64,000 nucleotides of DNA from a virus (IMGVR_UViG_3300021399_000016:1808-65807), one strand, 5' to 3'; positions 40,471 to 49,608 are shown, counted from the first letter of the stretch. Notes: a model not told the origin generated them from the letters alone. Made by a program: numbers and translations.

Positions 40471-40803
40471 ATGGAAAATACAATGGTTAATGTTTCTGAA
40501 AAAACCGAAATGGAGAAACTCATCGATTGGCTTAGTGAGAATTTGGATGGCAAATTCCGTCTTAAGCAGCGCTATATTAACGGTGGATCACAGGTGATGA
40601 TCTTCGATAGTAAAGGCGACTATCTTTGGGACGCGATTTGTAACAACATGTCTTACGGACGTGAAGATGGACTTATCGAGGTTATGGAACACACCGTTAA
40701 CAACTATGTGCTCACGGAAGAAGAAAGGAGTTACGACGACGTTTTGGGTTGGCTTACAGCCCAGGATATAATCGACAGATTAGAGGGTAAGAGCTCTGAG
40801 TAA
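40471..40803 (+). CDS. cassette hypothetical protein
   Basis: Own promoter, RBS and terminator; DAIC..SYG.EDGLIEVM..DDVLGWLTA. Confidence 0.75.
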   Translation: MENTMVNVSEKTEMEKLIDWLSENLDGKFRLKQRYINGGSQVMIFDSKGDYLWDAICNNMSYGREDGLIEVMEHTVNNYVLTEEERSYDDVLGWLTAQDIIDRLEGKSSE

Positions 40804-40867
40804 AATCAGGGCTTTTTCTTTTTGCTCGTATATTTTTCAACTCCTTTAATGAAGGAGGTAAAATCAA

Positions 40868-41050
40868 ATGTCTAATGAAGAGTTAGAAGTAAAGGTGCAA
40901 AATCTGGAAAAACGATTAACACAGTTAGAAGGATATTTTAAATCTTTATGTTACAGAATTAGATTTGAGCAAACCGGAAACGAAGAGTTTTTAAAGAAAG
41001 CTAAAGAAGAAACAGAATTAACAGATTGGTTAATAAAGAATTGGCTCTGA
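40868..41050 (+). CDS. cassette small coiled-coil protein
   Basis: Promoter 40826, RBS AAGGAGG, terminator. Confidence 0.7.
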   Translation: MSNEELEVKVQNLEKRLTQLEGYFKSLCYRIRFEQTGNEEFLKKAKEETELTDWLIKNWL

Positions 41051-41128
41051 TTAATTTCAGGGCTCTTTTCTTTTTCGCAAAATTTTCATCTCCTATTATA
41101 GAAAATATATTCAGAAAGGAGATTTGTT

Positions 41129-41323
41129 ATGAGAACATTAAAAGTAGTACCGTATTCGCCTGCGGAGGATAAATTTGTAAACAAGCTTATGCCTGTTTGT
41201 AAAGATAAAGTTGTCTGCAGACTTGGAGCACTTTTTGGATGGCCATATAACGAATACGTTATAACTGAAGAAGATTTTCAACGGATAAAAACAGAAATTT
41301 TAAAAGAAAAGAAGGAGTCCTGA
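41129..41323 (+). CDS. cassette hypothetical protein
   Basis: Promoter 41075, RBS, terminator. Confidence 0.7.
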   Translation: MRTLKVVPYSPAEDKFVNKLMPVCKDKVVCRLGALFGWPYNEYVITEEDFQRIKTEILKEKKES

Positions 41324-41345
41324 ACAAGGGCTTTTCTTTTTGCTC

Positions 41346-41387
41346 TCGAACAAAGTGAGAGGGCCGTTGAGTGTAACGAAACAAAAC
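41346..41387. repeat. 42-bp double-hairpin repeat, copy 1
   Basis: TCGAACAAAGTGAGAGGGCCGTTGAGTGTAACGAAACAAAAC; near-identical at 46328 and 60595. Confidence 0.8.
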
Positions 41388-41409
41388 AACTTTGAAAGGA
41401 GAAAACCAC

Positions 41410-41658
41410 ATGAGAAGTAAGCCAATTTGCCCTGACACAAGAAAATGTTTTGGAAGAAAAGCTACATCTGACGTTTGTAATGTATTAAGATCTGACGAAC
41501 ACGGAAGGTTTTATAAGAAAGACAGAGAGTGTCCTTTTTGTAAGCCCGAGAGAGACAAAACAGACGGAAAGAAGTACCCCATGATGTATGGAGAGAATCC
41601 GGGCTATATCAAAATGCCAAAGGATGATCCGGATTGGAGCAATGATGGAAAGATCTGA
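41410..41658 (+). CDS. Cys-rich hypothetical protein
   Basis: C..CF..C.VL..CPFCK; RBS AAAGGAG. Confidence 0.65.
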   Translation: MRSKPICPDTRKCFGRKATSDVCNVLRSDEHGRFYKKDRECPFCKPERDKTDGKKYPMMYGENPGYIKMPKDDPDWSNDGKI

Positions 41659-41866
41659 AGCTTACAAAATAGTATACGATGATCTTATTAAGTTCAACAT
41701 GTTCAAAGGCGTATACGACGCTAAAAACGGGAATATTTCATTCATGAACGGTATAGCCTGCGTAATGGAAGTTATCGCTAATGACGCCGGATGCTACGAC
41801 GAATTCTGTGAACTTTTCTCAGATAACATTCTGAAATCTGAAAAGAAAGCTAAAACGAAATCCTAA
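41642..41866 (+). CDS. hypothetical protein
   Basis: GVYDAKNGN..FMNGI; overlaps upstream gene. Confidence 0.6.
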   Translation: MMERSEAYKIVYDDLIKFNMFKGVYDAKNGNISFMNGIACVMEVIANDAGCYDEFCELFSDNILKSEKKAKTKS

Positions 41867-41996
41867 AATTTTCCCGGTGGGAGTTTTTAGGAAATGATTT
41901 CAAGCATATGGGTTACAGCTTTCTGTGGTACTTTGGTATTCGTAAAAATTTCACCTCGTATAATGCAAACTGTTGTTTAATTCAAAGGAGGGAACT

Positions 41997-42302
41997 ATGG
42001 AATACTATTCTGTAGCTGGATTTTATTTGGATTTTGGAGCAGACGATGTGGACCAGGACCTGTTTCCTGAAGAAAAATACAGGTCCAAAGAGAACGCTAT
42101 GAAGCGAGCTCTGGAGGAGGTAGCAAAGGTCGAGAAGGAGAAAGGTGTTTCTCTGGAAAGACGCGACTACGACACATGTACCGTGTGGTCGTGGGATAAT
42201 GAGGCTGAATATAAAGCCAATTATCCTTACGGGCCATGGCGGTGCAATGATGGTGTCAAGATCGGCGTCTGGAAGGAGAAACTGGTCCTTCTTGATGACT
42301 GA
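41997..42302 (+). CDS. cassette hypothetical protein
   Basis: Promoter 41940, RBS AAAGGAGG, terminator. Confidence 0.7.
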   Translation: MEYYSVAGFYLDFGADDVDQDLFPEEKYRSKENAMKRALEEVAKVEKEKGVSLERRDYDTCTVWSWDNEAEYKANYPYGPWRCNDGVKIGVWKEKLVLLDD

Positions 42303-42402
42303 TCCAGAGAGGCTTCATAGCCTCTTTTCTTTTGCTCTTGAACGAAACGAAGTCGCAATAAAAACATACCCTCTTATAGAATAATACTAAGGAGGAATAG
42401 AT

Positions 42403-42570
42403 ATGTTTATGCTATTAGCAGCCCTTGGAGTGATATTTACAGTACTGTTCGGTACGCTGCCTGGAGCGGTGTACTTCGGAATAGCGATGTTTTATGACTA
42501 CCGATTTGGACCGGTAGCAATTCTGTTACTATTCTTAAATGCGTGTTATGTAATGCTAAGCTCGGATTGA
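42403..42570 (+). CDS. cassette small membrane protein (55 aa)
   Basis: Promoter 42353, RBS AAGGAGG, hydrophobic. Confidence 0.6.
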   Translation: MFMLLAALGVIFTVLFGTLPGAVYFGIAMFYDYRFGPVAILLLFLNACYVMLSSD

Positions 42571-42692
42571 TATCTGGGCTTAATATTTTTCTCACTCCTT
42601 TCGAACAACAGTTCGTAATTTTTACAATGCATATAATGAAGGACTAAGTAAGATTAATTACAACCGTTGATCGAGCCTGAAAGGAGGACGAC

Positions 42693-42887
42693 ATGACGAA
42701 GCTTTATAGCTGGGTTGCTGCGATGGAAGAAATCGTGAGGATTCTTGGGGGTAACGCTGAAAGTGTTACCTACGAGGGTAAGCGCGAGACTTACCGTCGA
42801 GGCGGAAAGGCGGTGGAGCTGGAGCGTGAGCTTTGGTTCGACGACGAGGAGTATAACTCCTACGTGGTCAAGGAGGTAAGCACTTAA
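42693..42887 (+). CDS. cassette hypothetical protein
   Basis: Promoter 42613, RBS, terminator TAAGCAC-TTAACA-GTGCTTA. Confidence 0.7.
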   Translation: MTKLYSWVAAMEEIVRILGGNAESVTYEGKRETYRRGGKAVELERELWFDDEEYNSYVVKEVST

Positions 42888-42967
42888 CAGTGCTTATTTC
42901 TTTTTCTTTTCGTTCAAAATTTACAACGCCTTTAATGACAATGAAAACAATTTAAAGGAGGTAAAGG

Positions 42968-43300
42968 ATGAGACTTTATGCGGAATGTATTATGAAAGGG
43001 ATCAAGAAACAGTACCGTGACAAAGTTAGGGAAGAGTTTGTTCGCTGTTATTCTGATATTGTAGATGAAAACAATGCGCGGTTCACTGTGTGGAATGACG
43101 AGTATGATCGACTGTACGGAAGTGTCGATGATTCGCATTATAACAGGTGGATCGCGGAAAGGATGCAAAATCAGATCGACAGTAAAGAGAGATCTAAATT
43201 CTTGGTATTTATTGTGAACCCGGATGATGATACCATTCACGCCTATATTAAGGGCTATGCGAAACAAACCGATATTTACTTTGGATTTAATGAGGCTTAA
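42968..43300 (+). CDS. cassette hypothetical protein
   Basis: Variant promoter, RBS, hairpin GAGGC-TTAACAAA-GCCTC. Confidence 0.7.
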   Translation: MRLYAECIMKGIKKQYRDKVREEFVRCYSDIVDENNARFTVWNDEYDRLYGSVDDSHYNRWIAERMQNQIDSKERSKFLVFIVNPDDDTIHAYIKGYAKQTDIYFGFNEA

Positions 43301-43366
43301 CAAAGCCTCGTATTTTTTACAAAGCATATAATGCAAACTAATAATGAGATTTTAAAGGAGGATTTT

Positions 43367-43537
43367 ATGAGTAAATTTAGCATTAAAAAGATTCTTGTCG
43401 GTTTAGGAATCCTGGCAGCCGGTATTGCCGGTTACTTTGGATTAAAGGACGCAAAAAGAAACTACGTTAATGCGAGAAAGGAGGAAGAGACTCCGGACGA
43501 AGATCCGTGTGAGTTTGTGGAAGATGAGGACGCTTAA
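43367..43537 (+). CDS. cassette membrane-anchored protein with acidic tail
   Basis: TM ILVGLGILAAGIAGYFGL; ends EDEDA. Confidence 0.7.
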   Translation: MSKFSIKKILVGLGILAAGIAGYFGLKDAKRNYVNARKEEETPDEDPCEFVEDEDA

Positions 43538-43554
43538 CAGCGTCTTTTTCTTTT
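43529..43554 (+). terminator. repeated terminator GACGC-TTAACA-GCGTC-T tract
   Basis: Same core at about 46071 and 60565; stop codon lies in the loop. Confidence 0.75.
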
Positions 43555-43611
43555 TCGTAATAGATTCAGAGCCTATAATGACACGTTAACTTACTTGAAA
43601 GGAGAACAAGT

Positions 43612-44001
43612 ATGGAAGAAGAGAGAAAAGAAGAAGATGTCCTGGACCTTGCGATTCAGAACGAGTACGAAAACAGCGGTAGTTTTGCTGTTGGAACGGA
43701 GCAGTTGACTAAGTCGAACTCGACTATTGCAGCACTGTACAAGGCAAAAGCTGATATTCTTAAGTCTCAGACCGAGGCTGAAACCGAAGCTAATAAGATC
43801 GAAGCAGAGAAAGAGATCAAGTTGGCCGAAATTGAAGCCGAGGAAAGGAGAGATAAGCGGCAGACCTTGCAGCGTTACGTCGGGGTTGGCGCGATGGTGG
43901 CTGTTGCAGGAGCGGCGCTGTTTGCGGATTCAGACAGCTGGATTGGAAGAGTCAATAAAGGAGTTTTCAACTTGGCAACTAAAGTAATATTTAGAGGCTG
44001 A
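43612..44001 (+). CDS. cassette coiled-coil protein with C-terminal TM
   Basis: Promoter 43555, RBS, terminator. Confidence 0.7.
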   Translation: MEEERKEEDVLDLAIQNEYENSGSFAVGTEQLTKSNSTIAALYKAKADILKSQTEAETEANKIEAEKEIKLAEIEAEERRDKRQTLQRYVGVGAMVAVAGAALFADSDSWIGRVNKGVFNLATKVIFRG

Positions 44002-44097
44002 GTTGACGGTCAAGGCTCTGTAGAAATTACAGGGCCTTTTATTTTTGCCGTTGAACGTAGTGAGAGGGCCTCGTATTTTTTACACACCGTATAATGC

Positions 44098-44213
44098 AAA
44101 ATATAGATACAAGCGGGGCGGGTCCTGTATACGGGGCATGAGGTACCAAGGTAGATGTAGATATTCTACTGAGGGGTGGTAACGACGTGAGTCCACCAGA
44201 TGCTATATTTTTT
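44098..44213 (+). ncRNA. candidate structured small RNA in its own cassette
   Basis: Promoter 44071, no RBS/ORF, 5' AAAATATAG pairs 3' CTATATTTT, three internal hairpins, ends in T run. Confidence 0.55.
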
Positions 44214-44274
44214 TCGAATTTTTTACATTCCCTATTATGGGGTTGAAAATACATTGATATTTGGAGGCGAACTT

Positions 44275-44499
44275 ATGAAAGAGTTTTTACTGAAGCATCC
44301 ATTTTGGGCTTACTGTATGCTCAACTGTATGTGCGTTACTGTAGAAAGTATAGTTAATGGACGCCAGAAGAGAGAAAAGTTTTTAAACCGAATGGTGGAT
44401 ATAGCAGATGAAACAGTAGGAGAACTTAAGGAGAAGTTTGAAAAGAAGAACGACAAAGTAGTACCGATGGGTTTTCACTTCAATAGAGAAGAGGCTTAA
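44275..44499 (+). CDS. cassette protein (KHPF family, paralog of 60908)
   Basis: FLLKHPFW..ESIVNG vs FAVRHPFI..TIVRG. Confidence 0.65.
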   Translation: MKEFLLKHPFWAYCMLNCMCVTVESIVNGRQKREKFLNRMVDIADETVGELKEKFEKKNDKVVPMGFHFNREEA

Positions 44500-44583
44500 C
44501 ATAGCCTCTTAATTTCTCGTAATTTTTACAATACGTATAATGAAATAGTAATACTAAATATTATAAAAACGGAGGATATAGAA

Positions 44584-44883
44584 ATGAGAAAACTTATCGC
44601 TGTTATTATGATGATGGTAGCTATGAGCAATGTGGCTTTTGGAGCCGCAATTGGAGAGTATGAAAAGATGCGAATCTTAGAAGGTACTTATGAGGTATGC
44701 GATAAGTATCCTTCTGTGAAAGGCTTGAATACTGATACTTGGACGGAAGTTGATGCTTTCGGAAACCAGTATAGGATTTATTCCTATATGGAATCCGGAA
44801 AACAGAAACTGGTCTGTCTTAAGCATCATGTATCGAGACAGGAACGGAAGGCGCTTAAAGCAGCAAAGAAAGCTGATAAGTAA
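44584..44883 (+). CDS. cassette secreted protein
   Basis: Signal peptide MRKLIAVIMMMVAMSNVAFG. Confidence 0.7.
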   Translation: MRKLIAVIMMMVAMSNVAFGAAIGEYEKMRILEGTYEVCDKYPSVKGLNTDTWTEVDAFGNQYRIYSYMESGKQKLVCLKHHVSRQERKALKAAKKADK

Positions 44884-44971
44884 CTTCTGAGAAGAAGAGC
44901 GATTTTCATGCTCTTCTTTTTTTTCTCGTAAAATTTTCAACGCCTATAATGAACAGAAAGGAGATATTATT

Positions 44972-45103
44972 ATGGCAAACTTTTTAAGCGGATTTTGGAC
45001 GCCGTCCATGATCATGACTACAGTTATGATGATGGCGTCTATGGCTGCTTTTATAGCAGCTATGGTGTATCTTAATGATGAAGAAGAGAAGGACTCTGAA
45101 TAA
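44972..45103 (+). CDS. cassette small membrane protein (43 aa)
   Basis: Promoter 44926, RBS AAAGGAG, TM plus acidic tail. Confidence 0.6.
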   Translation: MANFLSGFWTPSMIMTTVMMMASMAAFIAAMVYLNDEEEKDSE

Positions 45104-45147
45104 TTTCAGGGTCTTTTCTTTTTCGTAAAATTCTCAATGCATATAAT

Positions 45148-45213
45148 GAAGACTAAGTCGAAATGGTAAGACGCTGGGAAACCAGAGGAATGGGTTCGAT
45201 TCCCATAGTCTTT
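45148..45213 (+). ncRNA. tRNA-like RNA lacking an anticodon loop
   Basis: GAAGACT/AGTCTTT acceptor, GTC-GAAATGGTAA-GAC D arm, CTGG-GAAA-CCAG arm, ATGGG-TTCGATT-CCCAT T arm; promoter 45123; T run. Confidence 0.75.
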
Positions 45214-45393
45214 ATTTTTTTTCTTTTTGAACGAAGTGAGGAATGTAGTGGAGTATGTTTCTGAACTTAGCACTAAAATTGAAAAACTTGAGGAGGCAAA
45301 CGAGAAGTAATAGTAAACGGGGAGTTTAACAGCTCCTCGTATTTTTTTCACTCCCTATAATGCAAACTGAAAACGATTTTAAAGGAGGTAGCA

Positions 45394-45522
45394 ATGAATA
45401 ATCCTTGGGAAGTAATCGGCTTGGTTTTAATTGGAGTAATTTTAACTGGTTGGTTAGGTCCTGTTGGGTTGCTCGCAACCTGCATTGGGATCGCTTACAG
45501 ATTTAAGAAGAAAGGAGAGTGA
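45394..45522 (+). CDS. cassette small membrane protein (42 aa)
   Basis: Promoter 45337, RBS AAAGGAGG. Confidence 0.6.
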   Translation: MNNPWEVIGLVLIGVILTGWLGPVGLLATCIGIAYRFKKKGE

Positions 45523-45525
45523 GAA

Positions 45526-45645
45526 ATGACTGATAAAAAGAGAATAATCAAAATACTTTGGTATTACGCTGTCTTTTACACTGTGGTGTATAAGATGGTT
45601 GATATAGCAATAGAGATTGATGATATTTGGGAGAGGTCTTTTTGA
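45526..45645 (+). CDS. small protein (39 aa)
   Basis: RBS AAAGGAG, followed by terminator. Confidence 0.5.
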   Translation: MTDKKRIIKILWYYAVFYTVVYKMVDIAIEIDDIWERSF

Positions 45646-45728
45646 TCTCTTCTTTTTTTTGAACGCTCATTCGTAATTTTTTCAATCCTTATAATGCAAA
45701 CTTATGATTTCATTTAAGGAGGAAGATT

Positions 45729-46079
45729 ATGGATATTAGAAAACTTTTTGGATTAGAAACCGAGAACGAGAACCTGGTCGGAATGACCGAAGCAATCATG
45801 GACGAATCCGAGAGGATCATGAAGAAAGCATTGGTTGGAACCATGAAGTTCGAAAACATTCAGGACATGAGTTCTGAGGATTTTGAGCTTATACGCGAGA
45901 GCAGTGCTCTTTGGAAAGATTACAAAGATTGCGCCATGAAAGCTGCGGAACGTCTCGACCAGATGGAAGACTTGAAAAAGGAGGTAGAAAAAATGAATAA
46001 GAAGCTTGATTACTATAACGAGCTTCTTAGTGAGATCAAGACAAATCTGCGAGAAATCGCAGAGAAGAAGGACGCTTAA
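45729..46079 (+). CDS. cassette coiled-coil protein
   Basis: Promoter 45671, RBS, shared terminator. Confidence 0.72.
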   Translation: MDIRKLFGLETENENLVGMTEAIMDESERIMKKALVGTMKFENIQDMSSEDFELIRESSALWKDYKDCAMKAAERLDQMEDLKKEVEKMNKKLDYYNELLSEIKTNLREIAEKKDA

Positions 46080-46205
46080 CAGCGTCTTTTTCTTTTAGAT
46101 TCGAAGGCACTGAGAAGCTATATTGCGAATGAAATGAGCTTCGTAAAATTTTCACTCCTTATATTGAAACTGTAATGTGCAGAATAAATTAAGGAGGAAA
46201 TGCTT

Positions 46206-46283
46206 ATGTTTATGTTAGGTATTTGTATGATCTTAATGGGAGTTGCGATATTAATATTTGACAACAAACAAGGTAAAGATTGA
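46206..46283 (+). CDS. cassette micro membrane peptide (25 aa)
   Basis: Promoter 46141, RBS AAGGAGG, terminator GGGAAC..GTTTCCC. Confidence 0.5.
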   Translation: MFMLGICMILMGVAILIFDNKQGKD

Positions 46284-46327
46284 TCCTGATGGGAACTGTA
46301 CATTGCAGTTTCCCTTTATTTTTGCTA

Positions 46328-46369
46328 TCGAACGAAGTGAGAGGGCCGTTGAGCGTAACGAAACAAAAC
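46328..46369. repeat. 42-bp double-hairpin repeat, copy 2
   Basis: TCGAACGAAGTGAGAGGGCCGTTGAGCGTAACGAAACAAAAC. Confidence 0.8.
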
Positions 46370-46388
46370 GAAAGGAGGAAAAACACAT

Positions 46389-46580
46389 TTGTTTATTCAT
46401 GTAAATTTTAAGAATGGAAACAAACCTCTTCTATTTCGTGGTAATGAGTCGATGGTAAATGAAAAAATCGAAGAACTTAAGAAAGACTATTACCTTGAAG
46501 TAGACACGCTCGTATCTGGTGGAATATTTGTTGACGCCGACAGACTTGACATAGAGGAGGATTATACGAATGAAAAATAA
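46389..46580 (+). CDS. hypothetical protein
   Basis: RBS AAAGGAGG, TTG start. Confidence 0.55.
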   Translation: MFIHVNFKNGNKPLLFRGNESMVNEKIEELKKDYYLEVDTLVSGGIFVDADRLDIEEDYTNEK

Positions 46581-47355
46581 GAAACTTGTGATATTTGGAG
46601 CTCTTGCAATCGGCGGACTTGTTGCAACTGCTGTAGCTACTGCGTGGGGGACTGCGAAGGCTACTAGAAAGATCGACGAAGTTAAGCCTGAAACGAAGAA
46701 AGAAACCGTGAAGCTCGTATGGAAGTATTATATTCCGGCTGGTATCGCAATGGGCGTCACGATTATTTCAGATGTGTGTTTCTATCGGATTGGTCTTAAG
46801 GAAATTGCAGCTCTTACTGCTTCTGTATCATACCTTACGGCTAACAGGGATAAGCTTGAAAAGAAGTTTAAAGAGACTGTTGGCGAAGAGAAGTTTAAAG
46901 AAATTAAAGATAATGTTAGAACCGAACTTGCGACCGAATTTGCACCGAAGAAGGGAGAAAAGAACGTCCCTTTCGAATTAATGAAAACGCGGTTTCCAGC
47001 CGAGCCTACAGGTTGTGGAGAGACTCTGTTTCAAGACGGCTGGAGCGGGAGATTCTTCAGATCTGACGTTCCATCTGTTGTTGACGCAATAAAGAAGTTT
47101 AACGATAGATGGGGTAACGGCGAGTACATGTGTTACAACGACCTCTATGATTTGTGGGGAATTACATGCACTCATCAGGGCAATGAGTATGGTTGGCCAA
47201 ATAATGACAACGAACTTGATACTTCCGTAGATATTGAGTTTGAAATTAACAGAATCGGAGAAGAAGAGATGGTCGAAGGGTATAGAAATATTGGTGAAGA
47301 TATTTACGTTATCGAACCTGTAACCTATCCGATGCTGTGCTGGCAGGAATTATAA
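46570..47355 (+). CDS. membrane-associated protein, paralog family A (DUF6353-like)
   Basis: Hydrophobic N-terminal helices; D..SGRFFRS..YNDLY..GW. Confidence 0.7.
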   Translation: MKNKKLVIFGALAIGGLVATAVATAWGTAKATRKIDEVKPETKKETVKLVWKYYIPAGIAMGVTIISDVCFYRIGLKEIAALTASVSYLTANRDKLEKKFKETVGEEKFKEIKDNVRTELATEFAPKKGEKNVPFELMKTRFPAEPTGCGETLFQDGWSGRFFRSDVPSVVDAIKKFNDRWGNGEYMCYNDLYDLWGITCTHQGNEYGWPNNDNELDTSVDIEFEINRIGEEEMVEGYRNIGEDIYVIEPVTYPMLCWQEL

Positions 47356-47367
47356 GGAGGAACAAAA

Positions 47368-48207
47368 ATGAGCATTTTTAAGAAATTTATTAAATCCGCA
47401 ACAACGACGTTCATTAAGAATAAGCCGGCGATTATGACCGGTATTGCACTTGTGTCTCTCGGTACTACTGTTTACGTTGCGCTTAAAGAGGGCGGAAATA
47501 TTAAGGAAGTTCTTGATATTCATAAGGATGAAGTAAATGAAATCGAGAACGATCCTAAGTTAACTGCGGAAGAGAAGACTGAAGAGATTAAGAAAGAGCA
47601 TATGGCAGCTGCTAAGGCTATTGCTCCGTCTATCGGTATGGTTGGTCTTGCAGCTGGCATTACAGCATTTAGTATCTTTGGTATTAACAAAGCTCATACT
47701 GCTAAAGAGATTGCTGCGTCAGCTTTACTTGAAAGTTATAAGGCGCAGGTCTTAAAGTATGAAGAAAAGTTGCCTGACGTTCTTGGTAAAAAGAAAGCGG
47801 AAGAGTTCATGACCGATGTACATATTGCATCGTCAGAAGATTTAAGTAAAAAGGCAGGTACTGATCAGGCGTACACGGCGGTTAAATACACAGATAAGGT
47901 ACCGATGATCGACTCATTTGGTACAAGGTTTATCGCGTCACATAACGAATTGGATAAGGCAATAAATCATCTTGGAAAGGAGCTAGTAGATGACCAACGA
48001 CCAGTTAACTATTCCGACTTCATGTATGAGAACTTCAGTAAAGTCGACATAAACGAGAACGCTGCAGATTTCTTCTTTGATCCGGATGATATTCCGACAA
48101 TTAGAACCGAGGTGTATCAGGATCCGATCTTAGATACGCCCGCTTATCACGTTTATTACAGGTATGGCGGGCCGGTCCCTTCTGGGAAATTAGAGCACAG
48201 GTATTGA
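47368..48207 (+). CDS. membrane-associated protein, paralog family A
   Basis: KNKPAIMTGIALV..TVYVA; DSFGTRF..YSDF. Confidence 0.7.
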   Translation: MSIFKKFIKSATTTFIKNKPAIMTGIALVSLGTTVYVALKEGGNIKEVLDIHKDEVNEIENDPKLTAEEKTEEIKKEHMAAAKAIAPSIGMVGLAAGITAFSIFGINKAHTAKEIAASALLESYKAQVLKYEEKLPDVLGKKKAEEFMTDVHIASSEDLSKKAGTDQAYTAVKYTDKVPMIDSFGTRFIASHNELDKAINHLGKELVDDQRPVNYSDFMYENFSKVDINENAADFFFDPDDIPTIRTEVYQDPILDTPAYHVYYRYGGPVPSGKLEHRY

Positions 48208-48257
48208 TATCCTACTGGGATGCAACGAGCCTCGATGAATTGTGGTAAGTTCTTGTC

Positions 48258-48282
48258 TCGTAATTTTTTCAATGCATATAAT
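48258..48282 (+). promoter_or_regulatory. promoter-like motif copy
   Basis: TCGTA ATTTTTT CA ATG C A TATAAT. Confidence 0.75.
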
Positions 48283-48314
48283 GCAAATGTTGTGTGTATT
48301 GAAAGGAGAAAATC

Positions 48315-48533
48315 ATGTTCGGATACAAACTTGTTAAAGAGGAGAAAACCGAAAACAAAAAAGAGAAGACCTTTACAGTAAAGGGCGCTCTTAAGACGGT
48401 GGGAAAGACGGTTGGCGTCGGACTCGCAGTCGGAGGAGCCTTCCTTGCTGGGAAGGAATTCGACAAACTTGGGTTCGGAAAGGAGGACAAGACCGAAGAA
48501 CCTGATGATCAGCCTGTAGGTACTGACGACTGA
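48315..48533 (+). CDS. cassette membrane-anchored protein with acidic tail
   Basis: VGVGLAVGGAFLAG; terminator at about 48540-48570. Confidence 0.7.
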   Translation: MFGYKLVKEEKTENKKEKTFTVKGALKTVGKTVGVGLAVGGAFLAGKEFDKLGFGKEDKTEEPDDQPVGTDD

Positions 48534-48615
48534 GTAACGAAGAGCTTGTGAGAAATCACAGGCTCTTTTGTTTCTATCCTTATTAAACAGAACAAAATGA
48601 AAAGGAGAACAAACT

Positions 48616-49608
48616 ATGGCAAATACTATCGACACGACCGTATCCAACATCCTTGCTGAGACTGCTCCTAGCGAGGCGAAAGTGAATCCTTTTAGAGGTT
48701 ACAAGGGAAGCGAAATCGGACTTCAGAAAGGTCACGAAACCAGAACAAGGAAACGTCTTGAAAACATCGAACTCTTAAAGAGTATCATAAAAGACGCTAA
48801 GGGTAAGATCTCCAGAAAAGAACTTAAAGAAATAACTGGAATGGCCACATCAAGTCTTGACAGTTATATTAATGCTTTCGATGACTCGCATTATGTAAAA
48901 ACATACGGTTTTATTGAGTATGTTGAAAATCCTAAAGATCAGGAAAAGATCAAGGAAGTTACCGAAAAGGCTGAGAAAGCAGCTAAGGAAACCTTCGAAA
49001 GATACAACCCTATTAAAAAGAACGACGAAGGATACTCCGATCACACAGCGGGAAAGGCGATCCAGATGATTGACGACATTAATGGCTATCAGAAACCTGG
49101 TGAGATCTGGAGAAGCACGTACTCTAACGGAAACAGAGTTAATGTAGTAGTAATCCAGTCCTTTAAGGATGGCTTCTGCACCTGTTTTGAAGTAAAGAAA
49201 GACCCCGCTGGTATGGGTAAACTCTATAACCCGATTTACTGCGTTTGCATAGACCTTTACACGAAGGAATATGTGGACTGCAGAAGAGCTATGAGTAGGC
49301 CAACTAGATATTTGACCGAGAAGGTTGGCGAAGTTAAGAATTTCGCAGCGATTATCAACAAGTATTGCTTCTTACACGAGATGCTTGTTGAAAAGGTTGT
49401 GGAAGTTGAGAAAGTTGTAGAGAAGCCTGTTGAAGTAATTAAAGAAGTTCCTGTCGAGAAGAAAGTCGAAGTTCCTGTTGAAGTCATAAAAGAGGTTCCC
49501 GTTGAAAAGAGCGTAGAGCCAATTGACGTTGCTTTACTTAGACAAAAGGCTGAATTTTTCGAGAAGGCTTATCACGATCTGCTGGATGTTCTGAAGGGGG
49601 TGGAGTGA
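48616..49608 (+). CDS. hypothetical protein with HTH-like segment and VEKPVEV repeats
   Basis: ISRKELKEITGMATSSLDSYI; KNDEGYSDHTA; VEKVVEKPVEVIKEVPVEK repeats. Confidence 0.7.
   Translation: MANTIDTTVSNILAETAPSEAKVNPFRGYKGSEIGLQKGHETRTRKRLENIELLKSIIKDAKGKISRKELKEITGMATSSLDSYINAFDDSHYVKTYGFIEYVENPKDQEKIKEVTEKAEKAAKETFERYNPIKKNDEGYSDHTAGKAIQMIDDINGYQKPGEIWRSTYSNGNRVNVVVIQSFKDGFCTCFEVKKDPAGMGKLYNPIYCVCIDLYTKEYVDCRRAMSRPTRYLTEKVGEVKNFAAIINKYCFLHEMLVEKVVEVEKVVEKPVEVIKEVPVEKKVEVPVEVIKEVPVEKSVEPIDVALLRQKAEFFEKAYHDLLDVLKGVE

Larger units (their letters stand above)
40411..46165 (+). promoter_or_regulatory. array of 17 copies of the 25-bp promoter-like motif, one per cassette
   Basis: Starts at 40411, 40826, 41075, 41940, 42353, 42613, 42912 (variant), 43308, 43555, 44071, 44214, 44517, 44926, 45123, 45337, 45671, 46141. 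Confidence 0.85.

Noticed and set aside
42613-42637. Sporulation sigma (E/K) promoter reading of CATATAAT
   Set aside because: Only a few copies have CATA; spacing and the invariant CA/C do not fit, though this is not formally excluded
44098-44213. Hammerhead or other known ribozyme
   Set aside because: No CUGANGA/GAAA core recognised; left as an unclassified RNA
45148-45213. Ordinary tRNA gene
   Set aside because: The 4-nt GAAA loop cannot present an anticodon; reported as a tRNA-like RNA instead
40411-46369. CRISPR array
   Set aside because: Repeats are degenerate and separated by whole genes of variable length
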